A DNA stretch of 64,000 nt from NCBI GenBank assembly GCA_963663275.1, contig OY760183.1, forward strand, positions 2,240,001-2,304,000. Reading direction: 5' to 3'. The stretch's first letter is position 1. The number at the start of each line of letters is the position of its first letter. Made by a program: the position numbers and the translations under genes. This DNA is from Chloroflexota bacterium (GTDB taxonomy: Bacteria; Chloroflexota; UBA11872; VXOZ01). Under the pieces are notes generated by a model that saw only the letters and a program-made list of their open reading frames with translations, had not been told where the DNA came from and did not search any database. Of the stretch, positions 46,621 to 56,868 are shown piece by piece.

Positions 46621-46992
46621 TTGAAACGGAACGAAGCCACGGCTCTGGTTTTCGAACGGCAGTACCGCACCCCATCCTCGGAAGGGTATCGCGCGTTGAG
46701 GAACGGCGCGCGGCTGGCGCATGTTGAGTTGCACTTTGCCCACGCGGTGGTCTACTGCACGTTGATATTGTTCCAAGACCTCAGCGAGCACGAGCAGTTC
46801 GCCGTCATCGAGGCGATCGACGATCAACTGGTTCTCTCCGCCGAGGTGGCGCGGGAGGACCTGATGGTGACCGTGTTCAAGGGCCGGGAAATTGGATTCT
46901 ACAACGACGACATGTTCAGCCACGCGCACGCCGAGGAGCAGAGAGGGAACGCGCCGCCAAGCGTGGATGACCCAGGTTCGATCGGCAATTAG
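46621..46992 (+). CDS. Hypothetical protein
   Basis: 123 aa globular-looking ORF 10 nt after nadC (FERQYRTPSSEGY...IDDQLVLSA). Confidence 0.7.
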   Translation: MKRNEATALVFERQYRTPSSEGYRALRNGARLAHVELHFAHAVVYCTLILFQDLSEHEQFAVIEAIDDQLVLSAEVAREDLMVTVFKGREIGFYNDDMFSHAHAEEQRGNAPPSVDDPGSIGN

Positions 46993-47056
46993 CGGTCCGA
47001 CAATGTGGTGGCGGCGGGCGCTTGGCTTGTCGTCGCTGTTCGGCAGTGGGGGAACC

Positions 47057-47196
47057 GGGCGCAGGTTAGAGACTTACGCTACCGGAGTAGGGCGAGATAC
47101 TACGCTGTCAGGGCGCAGGTTGAAAGCGTACGCTACCGGAACATGGTGAGAGCCTACGCTGCCAGGGCGCAGGTTGGAAACCTACGCTACCGGAGG
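47057..47196. repeat. Tandem 54-nt repeat (about 2.6 copies) built on a GTAG-type REP
   Basis: GGGCGCAGGTT..A....TACGCTACCGGA at 47057, 47111 and 47165. Confidence 0.8.
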
Positions 47197-47247
47197 CGCT
47201 GGGCGCGACTGGGCCAAGAGTGACGGTTTCCGTGAAGGGATTGGCAG

Positions 47248-47865
47248 CTAGGGTGTCGCTATGGACTCGAGCGAGCCTTCCAGCGCCAGCAGGCGTTCCT
47301 TCCAGGGCAGACCCCGGGTGTACCCGCCAAAGCTGCCGTCGCTGGCGATCACGCGATGGCACGGCACGATGACCGGAAGCGGATTCTGTCCCAGCGCATT
47401 GCCAACGGCCCGGTAGGCTTGCGGACGTCCAATGCGCTTGGCGATGTCCCGATAGGTCGCGAGACTGCCGTACCGGATTGTCTGGGTCTCCTCCCATACC
47501 GCTCGCTGGAACGGCGTGCCGCTCAAGGCGACGGCGACGCGAAAGCCCGCGTCCCGGCCCGCGAAGAACGCCAGCAGTTCGCGCACGGCGGCTTCCGCTA
47601 CGCGCTCCGCGCCGCCGCCGTTGTCCGCGTCTTCTACGACGCGGCCGGATTCCAGTTTCTCTTCCAGCGCCTTACCGGCTTCCAACGCGTTGTCGTGTCC
47701 GAAGGTAGCCGCGCAGACGCCGCGCGGCGTGGCCGCTACCGCGAACCAGCCCCACTCCCGCTCCGCCTCCGCCAAACGCACGGCACAGCCCTTAACGGCT
47801 AACCGATGCGCGTTGGCAACGCGAGAACGCTGAGCGTTTGGCGGCTGTGCAGTAATGCTTTCCAT
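47248..47865 (-). CDS. ogt: Methylated-DNA--protein-cysteine methyltransferase
   Basis: GTPFQRAVW, YRDIA, RAVGNA, NPLPVIVPCHRV active site. Confidence 0.92.
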   Translation of the reverse strand: MESITAQPPNAQRSRVANAHRLAVKGCAVRLAEAEREWGWFAVAATPRGVCAATFGHDNALEAGKALEEKLESGRVVEDADNGGGAERVAEAAVRELLAFFAGRDAGFRVAVALSGTPFQRAVWEETQTIRYGSLATYRDIAKRIGRPQAYRAVGNALGQNPLPVIVPCHRVIASDGSFGGYTRGLPWKERLLALEGSLESIATP

Positions 47866-47930
47866 AGAGATCCTCTCGAAGTGCGCAATCTCCATTACGA
47901 TGAATGTGCCCGGCTAACGCGGAGCCGTTC

Positions 47931-48875
<945 letters not shown>

Positions 48876-49135
48876 TGTGGCGCCTTCACCCTTCTGAAAC
48901 CGCTACACGAAACTCTTCACACCAGTATACACGCCGCAATTGCCGGTCTACCGTTTGCGCTGAGCGCCTCGACAAACCCAGTACAGCCCTGCTGATGCGG
49001 CGCGAGCAGCCGGCGGCCATTGCGCTTGCCCCCGCGTTCGTAGAATCCGAGCCTGTGCGCGGCGCGCGGCTTGCTTACCTCTATTGTAGCCACTATGCTG
49101 AAGAAAAGCTGAGAAAGAGCTGAAGGAGCAGCATA

Positions 49136-49918
49136 GTGACCGTTGAAAAGATCGGCCTGCGGCGCAGAATTGCACGCAATGAAACTCTGTACGGCGTGTT
49201 CGTGGACGCGCCGACGATCTCCCACGTGGAGACGCTCGCCATCGCGGGTTTCGACTTTGTCATACTCGATCAGGAACATGGGCACATCAACGCCGAAAGC
49301 CTGGTGCATCTGGTGAGCGCCTGCGATCACTTTGGCATCGCCTCCCTGGTGCGCATTCCCACGCTGGCTTCCTGGCTGATCGGCCCCGCCCTTGACTGCG
49401 GCGCGACCGGCGTGCAGGTGCCGTTCGTATCCACTGCCGCCGAGGCCGAAGCCGCGGTTGCCGCCGCGCGGTTCGCGCCCGACGGCGAGCGCGGCGTGCA
49501 CATCTTCTTGCGCGGCGGTCAGTATGGCGCGCTGGGCGCGGAAGGATTCTTCAAGACCTGCAACGAGAACCAGGCAGTCGTGCTCCAGGTGGAAGGCGCA
49601 CAGGGTGTGGAAAACCTGGAGGCGATCGCCGCCGTGCCCGGCTACGACTCGATCTTCATCGGCCCCTACGACCTCTCCCAGTCGCTTGGGGTCGCCGGTC
49701 AGACCGGGCATCCGAGCGTCGTGGAGGTGATCGAGCGGACGATTGCGCTCTGCGGGCAACACGGCAAGGTGGTTGGCACGTTCGTGAACACCCCTGAGGA
49801 TGCGGCCGTGTGGGCCCAGCGCGGCGTGCGGATGATTTCCGTTTCTTGCGACACCAACATCTTCTATCGGGCGTGCACCGACTTGCGCCAAGCCATCGCC
49901 GACGCTGCGGGCGCGTAG
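49136..49918 (+). CDS. HpcH/HpaI aldolase family protein
   Basis: GFDFVILDQEHG, VRIP, LDCGA, P.G.RG, QVE, FIGPYDLSQSLG. Confidence 0.92.
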   Translation: MTVEKIGLRRRIARNETLYGVFVDAPTISHVETLAIAGFDFVILDQEHGHINAESLVHLVSACDHFGIASLVRIPTLASWLIGPALDCGATGVQVPFVSTAAEAEAAVAAARFAPDGERGVHIFLRGGQYGALGAEGFFKTCNENQAVVLQVEGAQGVENLEAIAAVPGYDSIFIGPYDLSQSLGVAGQTGHPSVVEVIERTIALCGQHGKVVGTFVNTPEDAAVWAQRGVRMISVSCDTNIFYRACTDLRQAIADAAGA

Positions 49919-49927
49919 GTGGGCCGC

Positions 49928-50818
49928 TCAGAGCGGTACGCGCAGGAACTCTCGGCCCAGGATGATTTCGCCGCTGAATTCGGTAGCAACCTCAGCTACC
50001 GCGCGTTCTGCCCGCCCCGGTTGCGGCGGGCCGAGCGTCTCCGCGCCAATGGCGTGGGTGTGGTGCACCAGCACCAGACGCTTGACGCCTGCCGCTTGCG
50101 CCACCTGGCCGGCGGTGATCGTGCCAAGATTGGAGTCCAACTCCTCCGCTCGCACCTCTGCGCGAGCCTTGTGGCACATTGCCACCAGCGTGTCGGCGCC
50201 TTTCGCCAGGGTTATCAGGTCTTCACTGGGGCCGGCATCGCCGGTGAAGACGATGGAACCCTCGCCGCTATCGAGACGATAGGCGAGCGATTCCAGCCAC
50301 GGCTGCACGTGCCGGGTGGCGGCGCACGTCACCTCCCAGCCGCCGCCGGAGCACACTGGACCGGGCGCAACGTCACGCGCGGACACCACCGGCGGCGTGC
50401 GCGGCAGTGTCCCGCCGCGCTGCCGGAAGCCCCGCGCGCTCACCGGATGATTGATGCGCGCGCGTACGTCCGGGGCAAACGCGCCGGTTTCCGGGTCTAT
50501 GAGCCGCGCCGTAAGCTGCCCGGTGTACTCCGGGCCAAAGACCCGCAATTGCTCCACCTCGCCGTAGCCGGTATCCCAGCGCGAGAGCAGGAAGCCCCCA
50601 TAGTCCGCGTTGTGGTCGTAGTGATGGTGCGTGAAGAAGACGTAGCCAATCTCCGCTGGCGCTATGCCCATCTTGAGCAGCTTGTACGTGGTCGCCGGCC
50701 CGCAGTCGAACAGCAGGCGCTCCGCGCCCACGCTCACCACGTAGGCAGAGCCATACTGGGTGGCGCTCAAGCCCGGGGTTCCGCAACCGAGAATTGTCAA
50801 CTCCATCGCCGTCTCCAT
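49928..50818 (-). CDS. Metallo-beta-lactamase fold hydrolase (RNase Z/AtsA-like)
   Basis: LTILGCGTP, FDCG, THHHYDHNAD, FTGDAGP, LVHH. Confidence 0.88.
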   Translation of the reverse strand: METAMELTILGCGTPGLSATQYGSAYVVSVGAERLLFDCGPATTYKLLKMGIAPAEIGYVFFTHHHYDHNADYGGFLLSRWDTGYGEVEQLRVFGPEYTGQLTARLIDPETGAFAPDVRARINHPVSARGFRQRGGTLPRTPPVVSARDVAPGPVCSGGGWEVTCAATRHVQPWLESLAYRLDSGEGSIVFTGDAGPSEDLITLAKGADTLVAMCHKARAEVRAEELDSNLGTITAGQVAQAAGVKRLVLVHHTHAIGAETLGPPQPGRAERAVAEVATEFSGEIILGREFLRVPL

Positions 50819-50918
50819 GCGCGTCCGGCCAATTTCAAGGGCGATTAAGGATGTTCTTCTACTTAGGCGCGTGCGAGCCGGTAGGACTGCCTATCCAAGC
50901 GTGTCGTGGGAAGATTCC

Positions 50919-50951
50919 CCCTCACCCTAACCCTCTCCCCCAGGAGAGGGA
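50919..50951. repeat. REP-like palindrome, CCCTCACC family (copy 3)
   Basis: CCCTCACCCTAACCCTCTCCCC-CA-GGAGAGGGA. Confidence 0.8.
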
Positions 50952-51074
50952 ATGGAAAGACCGTGAATTCGTGAGATGGCTCCCTTTGGCACTAGAGTAG
51001 GGAATGGCGGCGGGCGCAGTTCTTGACCCAATACTACCGGCGCTATTACTCATCGATTCACCCGGCTTAGACTG

Positions 51075-53120
51075 CTAGGCGCGGAACGTGACCCGAGCCT
51101 TCGTGCCGCCGCTGGGCGCGTCCTCGATTTGAAACGTGCCGGAAAGCTCATGGGTCACGAGTTGCTCGATGATGCTCAGGCCAAGCCCGCCGTGCTTCTT
51201 CAAAGAAAAGCCGGGGGGCAAACCCTTGCCGCTGTCCCACACGTCCACGGTGATCGAACCGTTCTCTTGCGTCGCCGTCATGCGAATGTGACCGCCGGAT
51301 TGGCCGGCCAGGCCGTGCGTCACGGAGTTCGAGACAAGTTCATTCAGAACCAGCGCGAAGAGCGTGGCGCGCTTGGAACCCAGCTTGATCGGCGCGGGCG
51401 CGATGGCGAACTCTATGCGCTGGCTGGGCGGCGCCATGTCGTTGACCTCGATCTCCATGATGCGACGGGCAATCTCCTCCACCGTGGCCGAACCGATGTC
51501 CTCATCCGACAGCAGTTCGTGGACCGCGGCAATGCTCTCGACGCGGGTCGCGCTTAGTCCCAAGAGTTCGGCGGCTTCCGCGGATTCCGCCCGCCTCATC
51601 TGCAAGGAGAGCAGCGACGCCACGGTCTGGAGGTTGTTCTTGACGCGATGATTCAACTCGCGCATGAGCACGGCCTGCGCTTTCAGCGCCCGCTGCGCTT
51701 CCTGGTACAGCCGCGCGTTCTCGATTGCCAGCGCCGCGTCGTGGGCAAAGGTGGAGACGAGTTGGATCTGCTCCTCGCTGAACTCGTGGCGCTCCCGCGT
51801 GTAGACGCTGATGCCGCCCAGCACCCGATCCTGGAAGAGGAGCGGCACGCAAAACATGGAGCGGATGCCTTCCGCCGCGATTTGCGGATAGACGGCCGCC
51901 AGCACCGGATCGTCCAAGGCGTCTTCCACGCGCACCGGCGTGCGTTCCGCCACGGAGCGGCCGACCGTGCCTTCGCCCACGGCGACGCGCATCGTCATGT
52001 ACTGCTCGCTAAGGTTGTAGCCCGCCACGATCATGAGGTTCTGCGCCTGCTCGTCCACCTGGAAGATGGCGGCCTTGTCGGCGCTGGAAAGTTCCGCGGC
52101 GTGGCGCACGATCATGTCGAGCACCTGATTGAGGTCCAGGCTGGACGCGATGGACGCCCAGACGCGCTGCAGGGTGGTGAGTTGGCTCACTTTTTCCCGC
52201 AGCTTTTCATCGGTCTGTTCGTAGAGACGGGCATTGTCGATGGCAATGGCGACTTGCCCGCAGACCGTTTCCACGAAGCCGATTTCCTCGTCTGAGAACT
52301 GTCGCGACAGGCGCGTCTGCACGTTGAGCACGCCAATGAGCTTGTTTACCGTATAGAGGATGATGGGAACCGAGAGCATTCCGCTTAGAGATTCTTCCAT
52401 GAGATCCGGAATGTGCAGGAAGCGAGGGTCATCCCACGCGTTCTCCAGGGCCACGGGCTCGCCGTGCTGCGCCGCCCACCCGGTAACGCCTTCGCCAAGA
52501 CTGAGAGAGACGCGCCCGACGGCATCGGGGTTGAGACCGGTCGTGGCGCGCAGCGTAAGGCGGTCCAGCCTCTCATCGAAGAGGTAGATGCTGCAATCAT
52601 CGAGTTGGAGGGCTTCATTCACGGCTTGCACCGTCAAGTCGAGCACCTGCTCCAGGTCCAGCGTGGAGTTGGCGACGTTGTTGACGCGCTGGATCGTGAG
52701 GAGATGACCGACGCGCGCCCGCAACTTGGCAGCGGTAGAGCCATCGTCCGCCGGATTGCGTTTGCGTATGCCGTCCGGGGCGGGTTCTTCACCGGCGTGA
52801 CGCCCCGCCGGATCGAACTCCCGCAAGCGCGCCAGCAACGCGCCGTTGACCGCCTGCGAGAAGCAAAGCAACTTGGTCGCGTTCCTCTCAGAGCAGTAGG
52901 GAGCTAACAGGGCGACCCGCTCGCCAAACGTCTGCAATGCATCGATCACGGCGGGCGCATCGGGAAGAGCGTCTATGGAAGAGTCGAGTAAGAGAGCCGT
53001 ATAGGGTTCCGCCGCGTCTTCGATTGTCTCGGCCAGCGCGCCAAGCTCTACCGCGGACGTCGTGACCGCGCTATCGAAGAACCAGCGCGCGACATCAGTC
53101 GTTGGGTACTTCAGGCTCAT
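51075..53120 (-). CDS. Soluble GAF-GAF sensor histidine kinase (HisKA_2 type, PdtaS/EutW-like)
   Basis: Two GAF domains ending AIAIDNARLY / ALAIENARLY; ELNHRVKNNLQ H-box; NELVSN, DSGKGLP, GLGL. Confidence 0.9.
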   Translation of the reverse strand: MSLKYPTTDVARWFFDSAVTTSAVELGALAETIEDAAEPYTALLLDSSIDALPDAPAVIDALQTFGERVALLAPYCSERNATKLLCFSQAVNGALLARLREFDPAGRHAGEEPAPDGIRKRNPADDGSTAAKLRARVGHLLTIQRVNNVANSTLDLEQVLDLTVQAVNEALQLDDCSIYLFDERLDRLTLRATTGLNPDAVGRVSLSLGEGVTGWAAQHGEPVALENAWDDPRFLHIPDLMEESLSGMLSVPIILYTVNKLIGVLNVQTRLSRQFSDEEIGFVETVCGQVAIAIDNARLYEQTDEKLREKVSQLTTLQRVWASIASSLDLNQVLDMIVRHAAELSSADKAAIFQVDEQAQNLMIVAGYNLSEQYMTMRVAVGEGTVGRSVAERTPVRVEDALDDPVLAAVYPQIAAEGIRSMFCVPLLFQDRVLGGISVYTRERHEFSEEQIQLVSTFAHDAALAIENARLYQEAQRALKAQAVLMRELNHRVKNNLQTVASLLSLQMRRAESAEAAELLGLSATRVESIAAVHELLSDEDIGSATVEEIARRIMEIEVNDMAPPSQRIEFAIAPAPIKLGSKRATLFALVLNELVSNSVTHGLAGQSGGHIRMTATQENGSITVDVWDSGKGLPPGFSLKKHGGLGLSIIEQLVTHELSGTFQIEDAPSGGTKARVTFRA

Positions 53121-53364
53121 CTGGCAGTATGCCTCGCTGTGAAGCGGCGCCGGACCGATTTTCCAGCGCCTTGACCGGCTTTCCGCTCTGATTGGCGCGC
53201 CCCTGCGCTTCCGCGTCGGCGCTATCCTGGAATGCGGCGCGCCCTCGCGCCCCGCCGCGCCACCCTTAATCTGATACTATCATGCCAGTGTGCGGGGCGG
53301 CGTGTCACGCGCAGGAAAGCGCGCCCCGCCGCACCAGACCGGCGCGGAATCAAGGGACTTCACG

Positions 53365-55356
53365 ATGGGCCGGAACTTCGCCTGGGAGCCGTACGGCGAG
53401 TACCTGACACGTTCGCGGGTGCGCGACTTCATGGAACGCCATGACATTCCGTCGTGGCAGGCGCTCATCGAGCGATCGCTGCAGGATATTGCCTGGTTCT
53501 GGGAAGCGGCCTTGGCTCACCTGGGCGTCGAGTGGACGACGCCCTATGACGCCGTCTACGATGACTCCGGCGGTATGCCGTGGACGCGGTGGTTCCCCGG
53601 CGGGAAACTCAACATTACGCACAACTGCGTCGAGCGCCACGTGCGCGACGGGCGCGGCGGGGCTGTGGCCCTCATCTGGGAGAGCGATGAAGGGGAATTC
53701 CGCACGGTCACGTACCGGGAACTGTATGACAGCGTGTGCGCGCTCGCGGCCGCCATGCGGCGGGCGGGGATCGCTCCCGGGGACGTGGTCGGCCTGTGCG
53801 CGCCGGTCTCGCCGGAAGCGGTCGCGGTCATGTTCGCGGCGCTGCAGATCGGCGCGGTCTGCATGCAGATCGCCGCCCGTGCCGTGCCGCGGGAGGTGGT
53901 CGAATGCCTCAATCGAGGCCGCGCGCGGCTGCTCTTCATGAACGACGCCTATCCGCGCGGCGGCAAGTGGACCGATTGCGCGCCCACGCTCCGGGCCGCG
54001 ATTCAAGACGTGCCCACGCTGGAGCGCGTGGTGCTCATCCCGAGGCGCGGCGACTCCGGCGAATTGCCGCAGAAAGCCACGTGGTGGTCGGATTTCATTG
54101 CGCCAGGCGACCTGCGGGCGCACATCCCTTCGCTGGCGGTAGAATCCGAACACCCCAGCCTCATCCTCTTCTCCTCCGGCACTACCGGCAAGTCGAAAGC
54201 CATCGTGCACACCCACGGCGGCGCGCTGGCGCAAACAATAAAGGAAGTAGGCTACGCCTTCGATTGCCGGAGCGCCGATCGCTTCTGCTGGTTCACGAAC
54301 TTCGGTTGGATGATGGCGCCCTGGGAGCTCATCGGCGTGCTCTTCTTTGGCGGAGCGGTGGTGCTCTATGAAGGCACGCATCTCTATCCCACGCCCCACC
54401 GGGTCTTCGAGTTGATCGAGAAGCACGGCATCACGATTTTTGGCTTCGTGCCGACCGCGCTGCGGCAGCTAGCCGCCCTTTCTGAGGACTTCAGCGCGCA
54501 CGAGTTATCGTCCCTGCGTATCCTCGGTTCCACCGGCGAGATTCTCGACAGCGAAACGTGGTCGTGGTACTTTGACTACTTTGGCCGGGGCCGCTGCCCG
54601 ATTATGAACATCTCCGGCGGCACAGAGGTCATCGGCTGCCTCCTCTCACCGCTGCCGGTGATGCCGCTGATGCCGGGAACGCTGGGCGGCCCGGGTCTGG
54701 GCATGGATCTGGCCGTGGTAGACGATCAGGGTGAACCGGTAACGGATGGGCCGGGACACCTGGCGTGCCGGCAGCCGTTTCCATCCATGACGCGCGGCTT
54801 TCTGGATGAACCCGATCGGTACCTGGAGACGTACTTCCCGCACGGGCCGAATCTGTGGCTCCACGCCGATCGCGTGGAAGTGGACGCGGACGGCCTGTGG
54901 TATATCCTGGGCCGCAGCGACGACTTGATCCTGCGGGGCGGCATCAACCACGATCCCGGCAAGATCGAGCAGGCCTTGCTCGGCTATGCGGGCCCGCCGC
55001 GTGTAATCGAGGCGGCGGCGATTGGCGCGCGCGACCCGGAGTTGGGCCAGCGCATCGTCTGCTTCGTCGTCGTGGAGGATGCGACCGGCGCGCCCGACCT
55101 GGCCGGCCTCGCGCAGGCGCTGCGCCGGCACGTGGGCACGGCCTACGACCGCGCCGGCCGTCCCGATGAAATCTACTTCGTGGACGCCTTGCCCAAGAAT
55201 CTGGCGGCCAAGATCCCGCGCGGCATGATCAGGCGGGCGTTTGAAGGAGAACCCCTGGGGGACGTGTCCAAGCTCGACAACCCGCAGGCGCTGGCAGCAA
55301 TTTCGTCATGCCGTTCCGCGTGCTTGCGCGGGAGTCCGGCTTCACCGAGCACGTGA
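53365..55356 (+). CDS. Acetyl-CoA synthetase-like acyl-CoA ligase
   Basis: WFPGGKLNITHNC, FSSGTTGKSK, STGE, SGGTE, GRSDD, LPK....KI.R. Confidence 0.88.
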   Translation: MGRNFAWEPYGEYLTRSRVRDFMERHDIPSWQALIERSLQDIAWFWEAALAHLGVEWTTPYDAVYDDSGGMPWTRWFPGGKLNITHNCVERHVRDGRGGAVALIWESDEGEFRTVTYRELYDSVCALAAAMRRAGIAPGDVVGLCAPVSPEAVAVMFAALQIGAVCMQIAARAVPREVVECLNRGRARLLFMNDAYPRGGKWTDCAPTLRAAIQDVPTLERVVLIPRRGDSGELPQKATWWSDFIAPGDLRAHIPSLAVESEHPSLILFSSGTTGKSKAIVHTHGGALAQTIKEVGYAFDCRSADRFCWFTNFGWMMAPWELIGVLFFGGAVVLYEGTHLYPTPHRVFELIEKHGITIFGFVPTALRQLAALSEDFSAHELSSLRILGSTGEILDSETWSWYFDYFGRGRCPIMNISGGTEVIGCLLSPLPVMPLMPGTLGGPGLGMDLAVVDDQGEPVTDGPGHLACRQPFPSMTRGFLDEPDRYLETYFPHGPNLWLHADRVEVDADGLWYILGRSDDLILRGGINHDPGKIEQALLGYAGPPRVIEAAAIGARDPELGQRIVCFVVVEDATGAPDLAGLAQALRRHVGTAYDRAGRPDEIYFVDALPKNLAAKIPRGMIRRAFEGEPLGDVSKLDNPQALAAISSCRSACLRGSPASPST

Positions 55357-55370
55357 GGAGAAATCAATCG

Positions 55371-56336
55371 ATGCAAGCCGACGCGATACGCAGCGCCGCC
55401 ATCGTGGGCGCGGGTCTCATGGGCGCCGACATTGCCGTGGTGCTCTCTCTTGCCGGCATGGCAGTGACGCTTGTTGACATAAGCGAGGAACAGTTGGCGC
55501 TGGCACGCACGCGCATGAGGACGAGCATGACGACGCTGCGCGAGCACGAGCTTACGTCTGCCGCGCAGGCCGCCCGTGCGCTGGAGAACGTGAGCGGGAC
55601 AACCGACCGCGCCGCGGCGGTGGAGCGGACGCAATTCGTGGTCGAATCGGTGCCGGAAGACCTAACGCTGAAGCGGCAGATCTTCGCCGCGCTGGATACG
55701 GAAGCGCCGCCGGAGGCGATACTCACGAGCAATACTTCATCGCTTTCGATTACCGCTCTCGCCGCCGCTACGCGCAGGCCGGACCGTGTGGTGGGCAGTC
55801 ACTTCATCCTGCCCGGTACGGTGCTGCCGCTGGTGGAGGTGGTGCGCGGCGAGCGAACGAGCGACGAGACCATGCAGGTGACGTATGACGTGTGGCGCCG
55901 CGCCGGCAAGCAACCGGTGCGGGTGGAAAAGGACATCCCCGGGTTCATCCACAACCGGCTGCAGCACGCCCTGAGCCGGGAGGCGGTTGCGCTCTGGGCG
56001 AGCGGCGTGGCCAGCGCAGAGGAGATCGACGCGGTGGTCGTGAACGGCTTCGGCCTGCGGCTGGGCCGCGTGGGGCCGCTGGCGCAGCGCGACCTGGGCG
56101 GCATGGTGATGAACCTCGCTATTGCCGCTTCGCTCTACCCGTCGCTGAGCACGCTTACCGACGCGCCGGATGCAATGAAAGAGCTGGTTGAGGAGGGCGC
56201 TCTCGGCGTGGAAGCGGGACGCGGCTTCCATGACTGGAGCGAGTCCGACCCCCGGCGCGTGCGGCAAGACGTGGAACGTCTGCTCCTGGCGGACCTCTTG
56301 CATCGCAAGCGCACGGAAGGTGAGCTGCAAGGCTAG
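55371..56336 (+). CDS. 3-hydroxyacyl-CoA dehydrogenase family protein
   Basis: VGAGLMG, ESVPEDL.LK, SNTSS, HF..P...PLVEVV, PGFIHNRLQ. Confidence 0.92.
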   Translation: MQADAIRSAAIVGAGLMGADIAVVLSLAGMAVTLVDISEEQLALARTRMRTSMTTLREHELTSAAQAARALENVSGTTDRAAAVERTQFVVESVPEDLTLKRQIFAALDTEAPPEAILTSNTSSLSITALAAATRRPDRVVGSHFILPGTVLPLVEVVRGERTSDETMQVTYDVWRRAGKQPVRVEKDIPGFIHNRLQHALSREAVALWASGVASAEEIDAVVVNGFGLRLGRVGPLAQRDLGGMVMNLAIAASLYPSLSTLTDAPDAMKELVEEGALGVEAGRGFHDWSESDPRRVRQDVERLLLADLLHRKRTEGELQG

Positions 56337-56357
56337 GGCAGGCATAAGGGCAAGTAA

Positions 56358-56790
56358 GAGGGCAGGTACAAGACCTGCCCCTACAGGGGAGACGTAGGCC
56401 CATGGCACAAGGCCGTAGCGCGGGGGGCTTGTGCCCAATACTGTCAGGTTTACGTAGCGCGGGGGCTTGTCCCCCGCCGGAATGAGACAGAATAGAACGG
56501 AATGGATTGGACCTACGGAAGACGCAGGTTACAAACCTGCGCAACCGGAGACGGGACGGCCGTAGCGCGGGGGCTTGTCCCCCGCTTCTTGGCGAGGGCA
56601 GGTACAAGACCTGCCCCTACAGGGGAGACATAGGCCCTTGGCACAAGGCGGTAGCGCGGAGGCTTCTCCCCCGCCGGAACAAGATGAATTAGAACGGAAT
56701 GGATTAGACCTACGGAGGACGCAGGTTACAAACCTGCGCTACCGGAGAAGGGATGGCCGTAGCGCGGGGGCTTGTCCCCCGCCTCTTGGC
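56358..56790. repeat. Tandemly duplicated mosaic of three GTAG-type REP palindromes
   Basis: Two units (56358-56593, 56594-56790), each with GGGCAGGTACAAGACCTGCCCCTAC, GTAGCGCGGGGGCTTGTCCCCCGC and CGCAGGTTACAAACCTGCG; lies between convergent genes. Confidence 0.88.
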
Positions 56791-56868
56791 GCGAATGCAG
56801 AGCGCAACGTGAAATCGCCCAAGGCGAATCGGATGTCAGGACGGCGGGCGGACGGCTTCTGGGTGGAA

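Noticed and set aside
47057-47196. Possible CRISPR mini-array
   Set aside because: Repeats are degenerate, the linkers resemble each other, there are only 3 units, no cas genes or leader, and the core matches a REP family.
56358-56790. Possible CRISPR array, or the ORFs 56155-56607 and 56575-56946
   Set aside because: Whole units including linkers are duplicated; the ORFs are translations of palindromic repeats.
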